NCBI GenBank assembly: GCA_050950825.1
Contig: JBMNIH010000007.1
Location: 96,001 to 160,000, forward strand
Reading direction: 5' to 3'
DNA: 64,000 nucleotides
Source: Clostridia bacterium
GTDB lineage: Bacteria; Bacillota; Clostridia; JAAYHZ01
Shown piece after piece: positions 1 to 9,362 of this stretch (positions are counted from its first letter, which is position 1; each line of letters opens with the position of its first letter). The notes beneath the pieces were generated by a model. That model ran no database searches, was not told the DNA's origin, and saw nothing but the letters and a program-made list of their open reading frames with translations. Position numbers and translations under genes: made by a program.

Positions 1-663
1 GCCGTCCCATACGTTAATATTGCGGGCGCTATCGTCGCATACTTTTTTAATGTCGCTGCCGTCAAGAGAAGCGCTGTAAAGCTTTTCATTGTCGTACCGG
101 TCGATAAAATACATTCGATCTTCCGTTACGGCAAGCCCCCAGCTGGATTTTTCCACGATCTTTTTGAGATTTTTTCCGTCCAAATTCATGCAATAAATAT
201 AGGAGTTGTCACCGTCATGGGTGAAATAGATGGTGTCGTTGATAATATTGATATCGTAAGCAGGAACCTCCGCTATCAATTTTTTCTCTTCCCCTATTTG
301 ATTGACCGAGTAGATATAGCCCTTGTCGGAATAATTCATATAATACAACGTGCCTTTATAGTAATTTAAATACCTGGCCGTATCCGACACGATTACTTTT
401 TGTTCCCCGTTCAGCTTGTTGATGGAAACAATGGATCCTCCTTTGTATAAATCCACGTAGTAGATGTAATTGTCTCCCTCGGCTACCAAACCGCTGTTGG
501 CAATATTCCCGGAGATGTTTCCTACATCCTCCGGCAAGCCGTATCCGATATTCGGAACCGGATGCTTAAGGGGTTGGAGCTCCATTTCCTTTTTACAACC
601 GGTCATCGATATGATCATAAGGAGCGCGATTGCTACAATCGCAATTCGTTTCATTTTCTTCAT
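1..663 (-). CDS. DUF5050-type beta-propeller lipoprotein (3' end runs off the window)
   Basis: Manual translation MKKMKRIAIVAIALLMIISMTGC.. gives a lipobox, followed by GNISGNIANSGL and repeated IYY/LY.MNLDG blades. It is absent from the ORF track because it is partial. Confidence 0.75.
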   Translation of the reverse strand, partial: MKKMKRIAIVAIALLMIISMTGCKKEMELQPLKHPVPNIGYGLPEDVGNISGNIANSGLVAEGDNYIYYVDLYKGGSIVSINKLNGEQKVIVSDTARYLNYYKGTLYYMNYSDKGYIYSVNQIGEEKKLIAEVPAYDINIINDTIYFTHDGDNSYIYCMNLDGKNLKKIVEKSSWGLAVTEDRMYFIDRYDNEKLYSASLDGSDIKKVCDDSARNINVWDG

Positions 664-814
664 CTTTATATTAAGCAAAGATCTTTCGGCCGGTGCCGAA
701 AGCCTTCGATTGCTTTCCTCCGTTTCATTTAACGTACTTAACCCGTTTTTGCTCTTTTTATTATACCATACCATGGCGATGACACAAACACGAAATTTTG
801 CCAAAGGGATGGAC

Positions 815-1750
815 TCAGACGTTGAGGACCTTTTGAAGAACCCGCATAAAGTTCTTGCCTGCAATCATTTCCACTTGTTGTTCCGTATAGTTTAAAGAAT
901 ACAGTTTTTCCGCCAGACGAGGCAAGCATTGAACTCCTTCGAGCCCTTTCGGTGTTCTAGCGATGCCGTCGAAATCGGATCCGAATCCGATATGCTCGAT
1001 GCCGATCAATCCGGCTATGTATTCAATGTGTTTTATAACATCGTTTATATCGGCTTGTTCGCTGTCGCATAAAAAAGCGGGGCAAAAGTTGATGCCTACA
1101 ACACCGCCGTTCTCCTTTAAGGCATATAGCTGCCGGTCGTCCAAGTTCCTTCGATGTCCGCAAAGGGCTTGGGCATTGGAATGAGAGGCAATGATCGGAT
1201 GTTCGCTTTGTTCGATAACGTCCCAAAAGCCTTTTTTGTTAAGATGGGATACATCAATCACCATTCCCAACCGATTCATTTCGGACACAACGGATTTGCC
1301 GAAAGGAGTCAGTCCTCCGCCGGTATCGTCGAAAACACCGTCGGCAAGCGGGTTTCTGTAGTTCCAAGTAAGCCCCATGGCTCGGACTCCCAACCGATGG
1401 AGCATACGCAGTACCCCCAAATCGCGGGATAAAGCCTCTCCGCCTTCGATTGATAGAATGGCCGCCGCTTTGCCTTCCGAAAGGATACGCTCAATGTCTT
1501 CGGTGTTATAGGCGACTTCTAAGTACCGGGAATATTCTTTTTCCGCTTGGTATAGAATGTCGATTTGCTTTAGAGCGTTGGCCAAGGTGTAAGCTTCGTT
1601 TCCCGGCTTTACGAATACGGCAAAAAACTGTACGCTTTTTTTGTTTTCATACAGCCTCTTAATATCCAAATGGCCTTCGTTTTGAAAAATATCGATTTTT
1701 TTCTCCAAGACCTCCGACAGCGTGTCGCAGTGGGCATCTACAATGAGCAT
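815..1750 (-). CDS. Membrane dipeptidase (peptidase M19)
   Basis: DAHCD, SIEG, DVSH, ASHSN and GSDFDG motifs. Confidence 0.92.
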   Translation of the reverse strand: MLIVDAHCDTLSEVLEKKIDIFQNEGHLDIKRLYENKKSVQFFAVFVKPGNEAYTLANALKQIDILYQAEKEYSRYLEVAYNTEDIERILSEGKAAAILSIEGGEALSRDLGVLRMLHRLGVRAMGLTWNYRNPLADGVFDDTGGGLTPFGKSVVSEMNRLGMVIDVSHLNKKGFWDVIEQSEHPIIASHSNAQALCGHRRNLDDRQLYALKENGGVVGINFCPAFLCDSEQADINDVIKHIEYIAGLIGIEHIGFGSDFDGIARTPKGLEGVQCLPRLAEKLYSLNYTEQQVEMIAGKNFMRVLQKVLNV

Positions 1751-1865
1751 AAAAACCTCCGCTATGAAAAAACCCTTTTGTTTTCTTATATTCTACCATT
1801 CTATTACACCCGGTAGGGAAATTAAACCGTAACACTCAAATATATTTAATGCTTTATATATATAA

Positions 1866-1902
1866 AAAACCTACCGTTCCTGATGACAAAACGGTAGGTT
1901 TT
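1866..1902 (-). terminator. Intrinsic terminator
   Basis: AAAACCTACCGTT..AACGGTAGGTTTT inverted repeat just past the antiporter stop. Confidence 0.7.
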
Positions 1903-1909
1903 AAAAAAT

Positions 1910-3076
1910 CTAATCTTGTATTTCTCCCGCCTTCTTCAGCCCCATTTTCGTGATGACGGGCCCCGTGAGTTCATAAATTAACGTAGCGCACAGGATAACG
2001 GCCCGAATGCTTTGCCCGTATTGGGGTAAGGTGTTGGAGGCGATTAACGATAAACCGATGGCAACACCGGCTTGCGGTACCAAAGTAAACCCGATGTATT
2101 TTCTCACGGTGTCCGGAGTCTTCATTATGTAAGCTCCCAACCATGCACCCAAAACCTTTCCGACCACACGGATAATAAGGTACAGGATTCCGATAACCCC
2201 GATTTTGGGTATGACGGTTATGTCCAGTTCGGCACCGGAAACTACGAAAAACATAAGGAATATGGGGGGAGTAACGCTGTCTACGATACCAAAAATCTCT
2301 TTCCCCGAAGCGCTTGTGTTAACGAGGGCCATCCCCATGCTCATGCATAAAAGCAAAGCGGACAGATTCAGATACGAAGCAACGGCGACGCCTAAAAATA
2401 CGAATCCGCAGGTTATGATGAGTCTGTTGGACTGCTTTTTAAAATAGCGCAGGGGAAAGTTGAATAACAAACCGAGAATCAAACCCAAGGCGATGGACCC
2501 GAAGATCTCTATAAGAGGAGACAAGGCCGTAGCCCAAGCCGAGCTTTGGCCGGGATTCAGCATGGAATTGACTGTCGCCATGGCAAAACCGAATGCCATT
2601 ATGGCTACGGCGTCGTCCAAGGCTACCACGCTGAGCATGGTATTTGTTACGGGACCTTTTGCATTGTATTGTTTTACCACCATAATCGTGGCGGCCGGTG
2701 CCGTTGCCGCCGCAATGGCACCTAAAAGAAGCGAAATCTTCGTATCGAAGCCGCAAATAATCAAGACTCCGGATACCAAAACGGAGGCTAAGAGGGCTTC
2801 GAACAAAGCGATCACAATGGGGGTTGCTCCCGCTTTTTTCAAATAAGATAATTTGAATTCGGAACCGATGGAAAAGGCGATAAAGGCAAGAGCCATCTCG
2901 GAAATAAAATTCAGATTTTCAACGGTTTCCGAAGGAATCAGCTTCATAATATGAGGACCGATTAAAAGTCCTGCTATTAAGTAGCCCGTTACATTCGGTA
3001 ATTTTATCTGTTTTACAATACGACCAAAAAGAAGGCCGGAAAATAAAATCAAAGCCAAATAAAAAAAGGTGCTCAT
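1910..3076 (-). CDS. Cation:proton antiporter (CPA family)
   Basis: Many TM helices; TAPA, LDD and PQAGVAIG motifs. Confidence 0.9.
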   Translation of the reverse strand: MSTFFYLALILFSGLLFGRIVKQIKLPNVTGYLIAGLLIGPHIMKLIPSETVENLNFISEMALAFIAFSIGSEFKLSYLKKAGATPIVIALFEALLASVLVSGVLIICGFDTKISLLLGAIAAATAPAATIMVVKQYNAKGPVTNTMLSVVALDDAVAIMAFGFAMATVNSMLNPGQSSAWATALSPLIEIFGSIALGLILGLLFNFPLRYFKKQSNRLIITCGFVFLGVAVASYLNLSALLLCMSMGMALVNTSASGKEIFGIVDSVTPPIFLMFFVVSGAELDITVIPKIGVIGILYLIIRVVGKVLGAWLGAYIMKTPDTVRKYIGFTLVPQAGVAIGLSLIASNTLPQYGQSIRAVILCATLIYELTGPVITKMGLKKAGEIQD

Positions 3077-3078
3077 AC

Positions 3079-3426
3079 TTAGATATCAATCCCTTCTACC
3101 GACAATATCGGCAGCGTAAACATAACCGCGGTGTTCGGCTGTGATAAGTCGCCGATAACATTACGTACAATCTTTTTAACGGATTCCACTTGTTCGTCTT
3201 TTAATGCCATAAAAATCGTTATATTCTCCTCTCGATCAAAATCCACTAAAAATCGTAGCGAGCCGAATATGGGGTAATTCTCCATATGCTTTGCCATCTT
3301 GGAGATCATGCCGGTGCTGTTTATGATCGTCGCACCGGAATAACCTTCTTCCAATAAGGTCTCCAGCAAATCATCCAGCTTCTCAACTTTGTTCAATACG
3401 ATTAATAGAAGTTGCAATGACATCAC
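3079..3426 (-). CDS. P-II-like regulatory protein
   Basis: GATIINSTGM and IGDL.QPNTAVMFTLP; coupled to the antiporter gene. Confidence 0.7.
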   Translation of the reverse strand: MMSLQLLLIVLNKVEKLDDLLETLLEEGYSGATIINSTGMISKMAKHMENYPIFGSLRFLVDFDREENITIFMALKDEQVESVKKIVRNVIGDLSQPNTAVMFTLPILSVEGIDI

Positions 3427-3584
3427 TCCTAATCCATAAATAATGTATACATTATAGCACTATGAGAAGAAGATTCACAGCTTCATGAAGGGCTTCTATC
3501 CTTAATAAAGGGGCATCGACAGAATCGGTTCGTAACCGGTATGATAAATAAAAAAAAATAAAATCGATACGGGAGGCAAATTCC

Positions 3585-4136
3585 TTGTATTATTCTACCG
3601 AGTATAAATCCCCTATAGGAATTCTTACCCCGGCTTGCGATAAGAGCTGCGAATGTCTTATCGGCCTGTGGGTGAAGGGGCAAAAGTATTACGGAGGCAC
3701 AATAAAAGAAGAATTCATCCGCAATGACGAAATTCCTTTGTTTCATAAAACAAAGGATTGGCTTGACCGCTATTTTAAAGGCGAAAGGCCCGACCCTTCC
3801 GAAATTCCTTTGGCTCCCGAAGGAAGTAAGTTTCGACAAGAGGTATGGAAATTGTTGCGCGAAATTCCCTACGGCAGCGTGACGACATACGGAGATATTG
3901 CAAAAAAAGTGGCGACGAATATGGGCAGAAAAAGCATGTCCGGCCAAGCGATAGGCGGTGCCGTGGGGCACAACCCTATATCAATTATCATTCCCTGTCA
4001 CCGCGTAGTAGGCTCCGACGGGTCTTTGACCGGCTTTGCCTCGGGAATCGAGAATAAAATAAAGCTGCTGAAGCTCGAAGGTGTGGACACCTCTTTGTTT
4101 TTTATTCGGAAAAAGGGCAGTGCGAAAGGGGAATAA
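3585..4136 (+). CDS. ogt: Methylated-DNA-protein-cysteine methyltransferase
   Basis: IPYG and the IIPCHRV active site. Confidence 0.93.
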   Translation: MYYSTEYKSPIGILTPACDKSCECLIGLWVKGQKYYGGTIKEEFIRNDEIPLFHKTKDWLDRYFKGERPDPSEIPLAPEGSKFRQEVWKLLREIPYGSVTTYGDIAKKVATNMGRKSMSGQAIGGAVGHNPISIIIPCHRVVGSDGSLTGFASGIENKIKLLKLEGVDTSLFFIRKKGSAKGE

Positions 4137-4140
4137 AAAC

Positions 4141-5715
4141 ATGATCTACGCGGTCCTATCGGATATCCACGGCAATTATCCCGCTTTTAAGGCGGCGGTT
4201 GACGATGCCAAAGCAAAAGGGGCAAAAGCCTTTCTTCTCCTCGGCGACTATATCCGCGATACGCCGACATTAAACGAGGTTGTGGATACGATGCGAAGCT
4301 TACCGAACCTGACGGCCATATTGGGAAACGGTGATTCGGGTGTTTTGGCTTTTGATAAAACAAGACCCGAGTTTTGCGAGTATGAGCAGATGTTGCCGAG
4401 CTTTTGGACGTTCAAAAACCTATCCGAGGAGAATCTCGAATATTTAAAGTCTCTTCCGAAAACGGCAACGCTTACCCTTTCCTGCGGCAAAAGCCTGCAT
4501 ATGTCCCACAGCATTTCTCTTATCGATCACAGCCCGAGGCTTTCTTGTTTTCGTTCCGGAGATTATGCAAGAAGGATGGAAAAAGCGCCTTTCACATGGG
4601 AAGAAGGTATGAAAGCTATGCAAAAAGCGGCTGAAGAATACGCTCATGAGATTTCAGAATACCCGGGTGATATTTGCCTTTTTGGACATAACCATCTGCC
4701 GTTTTTCGGCAAGGTAGGAGAGAAGCTCCTTCTTAACCCCGGAAGCTGCGGAATGCCTGCCGATTACGATACCCGTGCACCTTATGCCTTGATAGAAGAT
4801 ACGCAAGATTCCGTGGAACTTCGGCTTTGCCGTGCGGAGTATGACGTAGAAGAAGCCTTTCGTGCCGTTCTTGCATTCGACGGCTTTCCCTGCGCTTCGT
4901 TTTGGGGAAAATTACGTGCGGCCATCCTTAAAACGGGGTCCGATATTCCGATGAGCCGTTTTTTGCAGCACGTAAAAAATATCGGCGGCGATGTATTTCC
5001 CTTGGAAAACGACACATGGCGAAAAGCAATCGCCACCTTTGATTTTGACTATACGTGGAATACGGAGGATTGGAGAAGGTTCGGCGAAAGGATGGACCTT
5101 ATGCAACACTACAACGCTCTTGTTGATGAAAACAACGATCCTGCGCGAGATCCCGAGCCTGTTAAGGAATATATGAGCAAATGGGACGGAGAAGCTTTTT
5201 TAGAAGCGATGAATCTTGATGAAAGCAAATCCGTGCTTGAGATCGGTGTAGGGACGGGAAGGCTTGCCCTTCGCGTTATAAGCCGGTGCCGATCTTTTAC
5301 CGGTATTGACATTTCATCGAAAACCGTCGAAAGGGCGAAAGAAAACCTCTCAGGCTTTTCAAATGTCCGTCTACTGTGCGGCGATTATTTAACCTACCCG
5401 TTCTCCGAAACGTTTGATGTTGTGTATTCTTCTCTTACTTTTATGCATATCGAAGATAAAAAATTCGCCGTGGAAAAGACCTATGAATTGTTAAACCTCG
5501 GCGGACGGTTCTTGCTTTCCATTGATAAAAACCGGCAAACGGAGATTGATTTCGGCACCCGTCGTATTCGTGTGTATCCGGATATTCCCGAAACAACGGA
5601 AGCGCTGCTTGCGGATGCCGGGTTTGAGATTGAAAGCCGATGGGAAACGGAATTTGCCTTCATTTTTTCCGCCGCGAAAAAAATCAAGATCAATAAGTCA
5701 AAAAACCCCCTATAA
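4141..5715 (+). CDS. Metallophosphoesterase fused to a class I SAM methyltransferase
   Basis: SDIHGN, LGD, GN, GHNH and NPGS in the N-terminal half; VLEIGVGTG in the C-terminal half. Start moved to ATG 4141. Confidence 0.85.
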   Translation: MIYAVLSDIHGNYPAFKAAVDDAKAKGAKAFLLLGDYIRDTPTLNEVVDTMRSLPNLTAILGNGDSGVLAFDKTRPEFCEYEQMLPSFWTFKNLSEENLEYLKSLPKTATLTLSCGKSLHMSHSISLIDHSPRLSCFRSGDYARRMEKAPFTWEEGMKAMQKAAEEYAHEISEYPGDICLFGHNHLPFFGKVGEKLLLNPGSCGMPADYDTRAPYALIEDTQDSVELRLCRAEYDVEEAFRAVLAFDGFPCASFWGKLRAAILKTGSDIPMSRFLQHVKNIGGDVFPLENDTWRKAIATFDFDYTWNTEDWRRFGERMDLMQHYNALVDENNDPARDPEPVKEYMSKWDGEAFLEAMNLDESKSVLEIGVGTGRLALRVISRCRSFTGIDISSKTVERAKENLSGFSNVRLLCGDYLTYPFSETFDVVYSSLTFMHIEDKKFAVEKTYELLNLGGRFLLSIDKNRQTEIDFGTRRIRVYPDIPETTEALLADAGFEIESRWETEFAFIFSAAKKIKINKSKNPL

Positions 5716-5794
5716 ACGGACATAAATCTCCATTGTTTATGATATGGCGGTGCTTTAAACTGTAAGAAAAAGGATTTTTAGGACGGATGAAATC

Positions 5795-7648
5795 ATGACC
5801 GAGATGCAATATCAAACCTATTTTTCGAAGCTTTTAGGCTGCTATATCGGCAAAACCATCGGCGGTACGCTGGGCATGCCTTATGAAGGTAACACAAATG
5901 TAAATAATATTACTTATTATGATCCGATCCCTACTTCCGTAGTGGGGAACGATGATGTGGACCTGCAGGTGGTGTGGGTGGAATGCTTGAGAAGACACGG
6001 TCTTCCCGTAAATCGGAAGCATTTGGCGGATGCATGGAGGCATGTTCGTTTTGCTCCGGATGAGTACGGTATTATGCTGAATAATACATTTCAAAACGGA
6101 TTATCCGCTCCCTTATGCGGTTTTTACAACAACAAGTTCTACGCGGGAATGGGAGCCGCGATTCGCAGTGAGTTGTGGGCTTCATTGGCTCCGGGCGATC
6201 CGAAGCTTGCCGTTTCACTTGCAAGAGAAGATGCTTGTACGGACCATTACGGAGACGGAATGGATGCTTGCTTGTTTTTAACCGCTATCGAAAGCGCCGC
6301 TTATGTTGAAGATGATTTTGATAAACTGATTCAAATCGGCTTATCCTTTCTTCCGGCGCAATCTCGCTTTGCCCGAAGCATTATGGATACGCTTCGTTGG
6401 TGGAAGGAGGAAGGGGATTGCTATGCCGTTCGAGATAAGATTTTGGAGAAATACGGTGTAGATAATTGGACGGATGTTTGCATCAACGTAAGCTTCACCG
6501 TGCTGGCTTGGGCGGCAGGCAGCGGAGACTTCGGCAAATCCGTGTGCTTGGCTGTAAATATGGGGTACGACGCCGACTGTACCGCAGCTACTTTAGGTTC
6601 CATCTTAGGAATTATCAATCCCGACGGTATCGATGAAAAGTGGACAAAGCCCATCGGCAACCGGCTGATTTTGTCGCCGAATATCGTGGGAATGCATACG
6701 GTAAAAACCGTAGCGGAATTTTGTGACCAAATCACCGCATTGGCGGTAGAGGTGCAAGAATACTACAATTCGTCGATAAGAATTATAGGTTGCCCTCCCT
6801 TGGAAAACGCACGAAAGAACATGGCAAAGCCTTGGATGAATAAACCGGAGCTTGTAGGATTAAAGGAAGGATACGACAACCGAGAAAGCTTGTTATCGCT
6901 TTCACCCCTTCTAATCAATTTACGGTATCCCGAATCCGTGGCACTTCTTCCGAATCTATGGAACGCCTTTGAAGCGGAAATTACCAATCCTTCCGATGTT
7001 TTAACCAAAGTACATCTGCACCTTTGCGTGCCGGACGGATTTCACCTTTCGGAGGACCGGTTTTCCATGGAATTGCATCCCTCGGAGAAGAAGAAAATTC
7101 GGTTTGATATCCGCTACGACAGCGGAAATGAAAAGAAAAGCTTTAACTCCTTGGATTTTCGAATGCAAGTGAACGGCCTTATCTTTAACGTAACCGCAGG
7201 ACTGCCTACGGCGTATCCGTGGATTCGTAAAAAAGGCAAATATTCATCGAAATTATGTCCCGCATTGGACCTAAAGGAGGATTTTGAATTTGCTCCGTCA
7301 AATGCCTTCTTCCAAACGGTACCTCCCGGAGAATACATTTATGCTATCGATGTAAAAGCCGATGTGACTCGGAATGCGGTTATTGTATGCCAAGGTACTC
7401 GTGAAATGAAGATTTGGATGAACGGGGAGTTCCTTTATACATTCGACGGAACGGAATATGTTCCTGCGGTTCACCGATCGAAGGTACATCGCACCGTACT
7501 TCCGAATCGGTGGAACCGTATTATCATTAAGGTAACGGGCTATGAAGAACCGGGCGAACTGTTTTTCGGCATTGCAGATCCTTCTACTTGGCGGTGGTCG
7601 GAAGGATTGGAATGGCGCAATCCGTTTTGGAATGAAGAATATATGTAG
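5795..7648 (+). CDS. ADP-ribosylglycohydrolase family protein with C-terminal beta-rich extension
   Basis: GKTIGGTLGMPYEG, NDDVDLQ, GMGAAIRSE and DADCT motifs. Confidence 0.85.
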   Translation: MTEMQYQTYFSKLLGCYIGKTIGGTLGMPYEGNTNVNNITYYDPIPTSVVGNDDVDLQVVWVECLRRHGLPVNRKHLADAWRHVRFAPDEYGIMLNNTFQNGLSAPLCGFYNNKFYAGMGAAIRSELWASLAPGDPKLAVSLAREDACTDHYGDGMDACLFLTAIESAAYVEDDFDKLIQIGLSFLPAQSRFARSIMDTLRWWKEEGDCYAVRDKILEKYGVDNWTDVCINVSFTVLAWAAGSGDFGKSVCLAVNMGYDADCTAATLGSILGIINPDGIDEKWTKPIGNRLILSPNIVGMHTVKTVAEFCDQITALAVEVQEYYNSSIRIIGCPPLENARKNMAKPWMNKPELVGLKEGYDNRESLLSLSPLLINLRYPESVALLPNLWNAFEAEITNPSDVLTKVHLHLCVPDGFHLSEDRFSMELHPSEKKKIRFDIRYDSGNEKKSFNSLDFRMQVNGLIFNVTAGLPTAYPWIRKKGKYSSKLCPALDLKEDFEFAPSNAFFQTVPPGEYIYAIDVKADVTRNAVIVCQGTREMKIWMNGEFLYTFDGTEYVPAVHRSKVHRTVLPNRWNRIIIKVTGYEEPGELFFGIADPSTWRWSEGLEWRNPFWNEEYM

Positions 7649-7777
7649 GCAGAGTATTCACATAAACAAGTACGAGGTATACGGTTTGACAGCCTAAACA
7701 TTGTGATAGCGTTCTTCCCGGCGGGCCGGAGCTTACCCGAAAGGCAAAGCTCTCTACAATATGCGTTGTCACAATGA

Positions 7778-8347
7778 ATTGTCGTCACCGCACCAACCTG
7801 TGGAAGCAGCGGAGTTGTTGCTTCGGTGTTGTACTATATGCGACACGACAGAGGCTACGACGAGGATGAAATAATCGATGCACTTGCAGTCGCCGGCCCT
7901 ATAGGCAATATTATCCGTACAAATGCCGGCGTTTCGGGTGCACAATGCGGCTGCCAAGATGAAATAGGCAGTGCTTGTTCAATGGCAGCAGCAGGGCTTG
8001 CCTCTCTTCAAGGATTATCAATTGACGAAATTGAATACTCTGCCGAAGTTGCCATGGAGCATCATTTAGGACTCACCTGTGATCCGGTTAACGGCCTTGT
8101 TCAAATTCCCTGTATTGAGCGAAATACAGTTGCGGCTATGAGAGCGGTTAACGCCGTGAATCTTTCCCGATTTTTATCCAAAACAAGACGAATTTCTTTT
8201 GACGAAGTAATCGCCACAATGTACGAAACCGGAATTGATATGAACGAAAAATACAAAGAAACAGCCCATGGTGGACTTGCTCAGATATATAACAGCTATC
8301 AAAGATCCGGCGCAGAGTTTTGCGAAGGTTTCTACATAAAAGAGTAA
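7778..8347 (+). pseudogene. sdaA: C-terminal fragment of Fe-S L-serine dehydratase
   Basis: IVVTAPTCGSSG, SGAQCGCQ, LGLTCDPV..VQIPCIERN and ETAHGGLA. Preceded by an in-frame TGA at 7775, and the N-terminal half is absent. Confidence 0.85.
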
Positions 8348-8491
8348 AAGTAGGGTTTTCATGCTTCTATTCCGCCTTCGATATACGCTTAAATATATCG
8401 CTCGAGCGTAGGTGCCGAGACGGTTCCTTAACTGTACTACTTCCCTTTTATGATCCTGTCGCACGTTCAATAGGACATTTTTTTGTAATGA

Positions 8492-9331
8492 TTACACCGG
8501 ATTGGGAGATGCCGGTTTTTTGTGGATTTTTCGGAATTGACCGGGAGTCATGCCCGAGTACTCTCGAAACAAGGCATAGAATTGCTTTTGGTCGTTGATG
8601 CCGACTTGGTTACAAATGGAGGCAACCGTTTCCTCTGTTGAAAGAAGGAGGTCTACGGCGGTTTTTATCCGTCTGTCTTTGATGTATTTTGAAAAACTTA
8701 TGCCAACGTTTTTCTTAAACAACCTGCTGAAATACGAGGGGTTGAAATTAAAATGATTGGCTGTTTCATATAGGGTGGTATCCATGCTCGTCTCCTCCAA
8801 ATAATTAAGAATTGCAGCGGTCATGGATGAAGAAGATGACTTGAATTCATTGTATGTGAAACGAAACAGAAGCGTTATTAAAATAGCGATATAACTCTTT
8901 AAGACGGATCGATAGCCCGGTTTCTTTTCTTGGTGTTCCTTTTCTATTTTAAATAAAATATCTTCGGCTTCCAATATTGCTCGTCCTGAAAGATGGATCA
9001 ATTTCGGGAGCTGCGGTTCTTCCGGGCGAATATCTTCGAAACCTTCGATTATTTGGGGCAGGAAAACACAGTTTAAAATCTCGAGATGATCGATGGAATG
9101 AATGGAATGACTGTCTCCGATATTGAGAAACAAGACATCCCCGCGTTTTACAAAGTAATCTTTCCCATTAATATTCTGTTTTCCTGTTCCGGATATAATA
9201 TATTCGATTTCGATAAATTGATGGGTGTGGAGAGGCTCGGTACACCAGCCGTCTCGCACCACGATAACCGAATCCATGGGGTCGGCTGACGTCGAATAAG
9301 CTCGTACCATCTCAATATCCCAAACGTGCAT
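8492..9331 (-). CDS. AraC family regulator (cupin + HTH)
   Basis: HTHQFIEI cupin; SYFSRLFKK..G and GMTP.QFRK. Confidence 0.92.
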   Translation of the reverse strand: MHVWDIEMVRAYSTSADPMDSVIVVRDGWCTEPLHTHQFIEIEYIISGTGKQNINGKDYFVKRGDVLFLNIGDSHSIHSIDHLEILNCVFLPQIIEGFEDIRPEEPQLPKLIHLSGRAILEAEDILFKIEKEHQEKKPGYRSVLKSYIAILITLLFRFTYNEFKSSSSSMTAAILNYLEETSMDTTLYETANHFNFNPSYFSRLFKKNVGISFSKYIKDRRIKTAVDLLLSTEETVASICNQVGINDQKQFYALFREYSGMTPGQFRKIHKKPASPNPV

Positions 9332-9362
9332 AGAAATCCTCCTTTTTTACATCCGATTTTTT

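Noticed and set aside
7650-7775. Possible c-di-GMP riboswitch or intron remnant (GCCTAAAC..GATAGCG; CCGAAAGG hairpin)
   Set aside because: The motif order does not match the aptamer, and the evidence is too weak.
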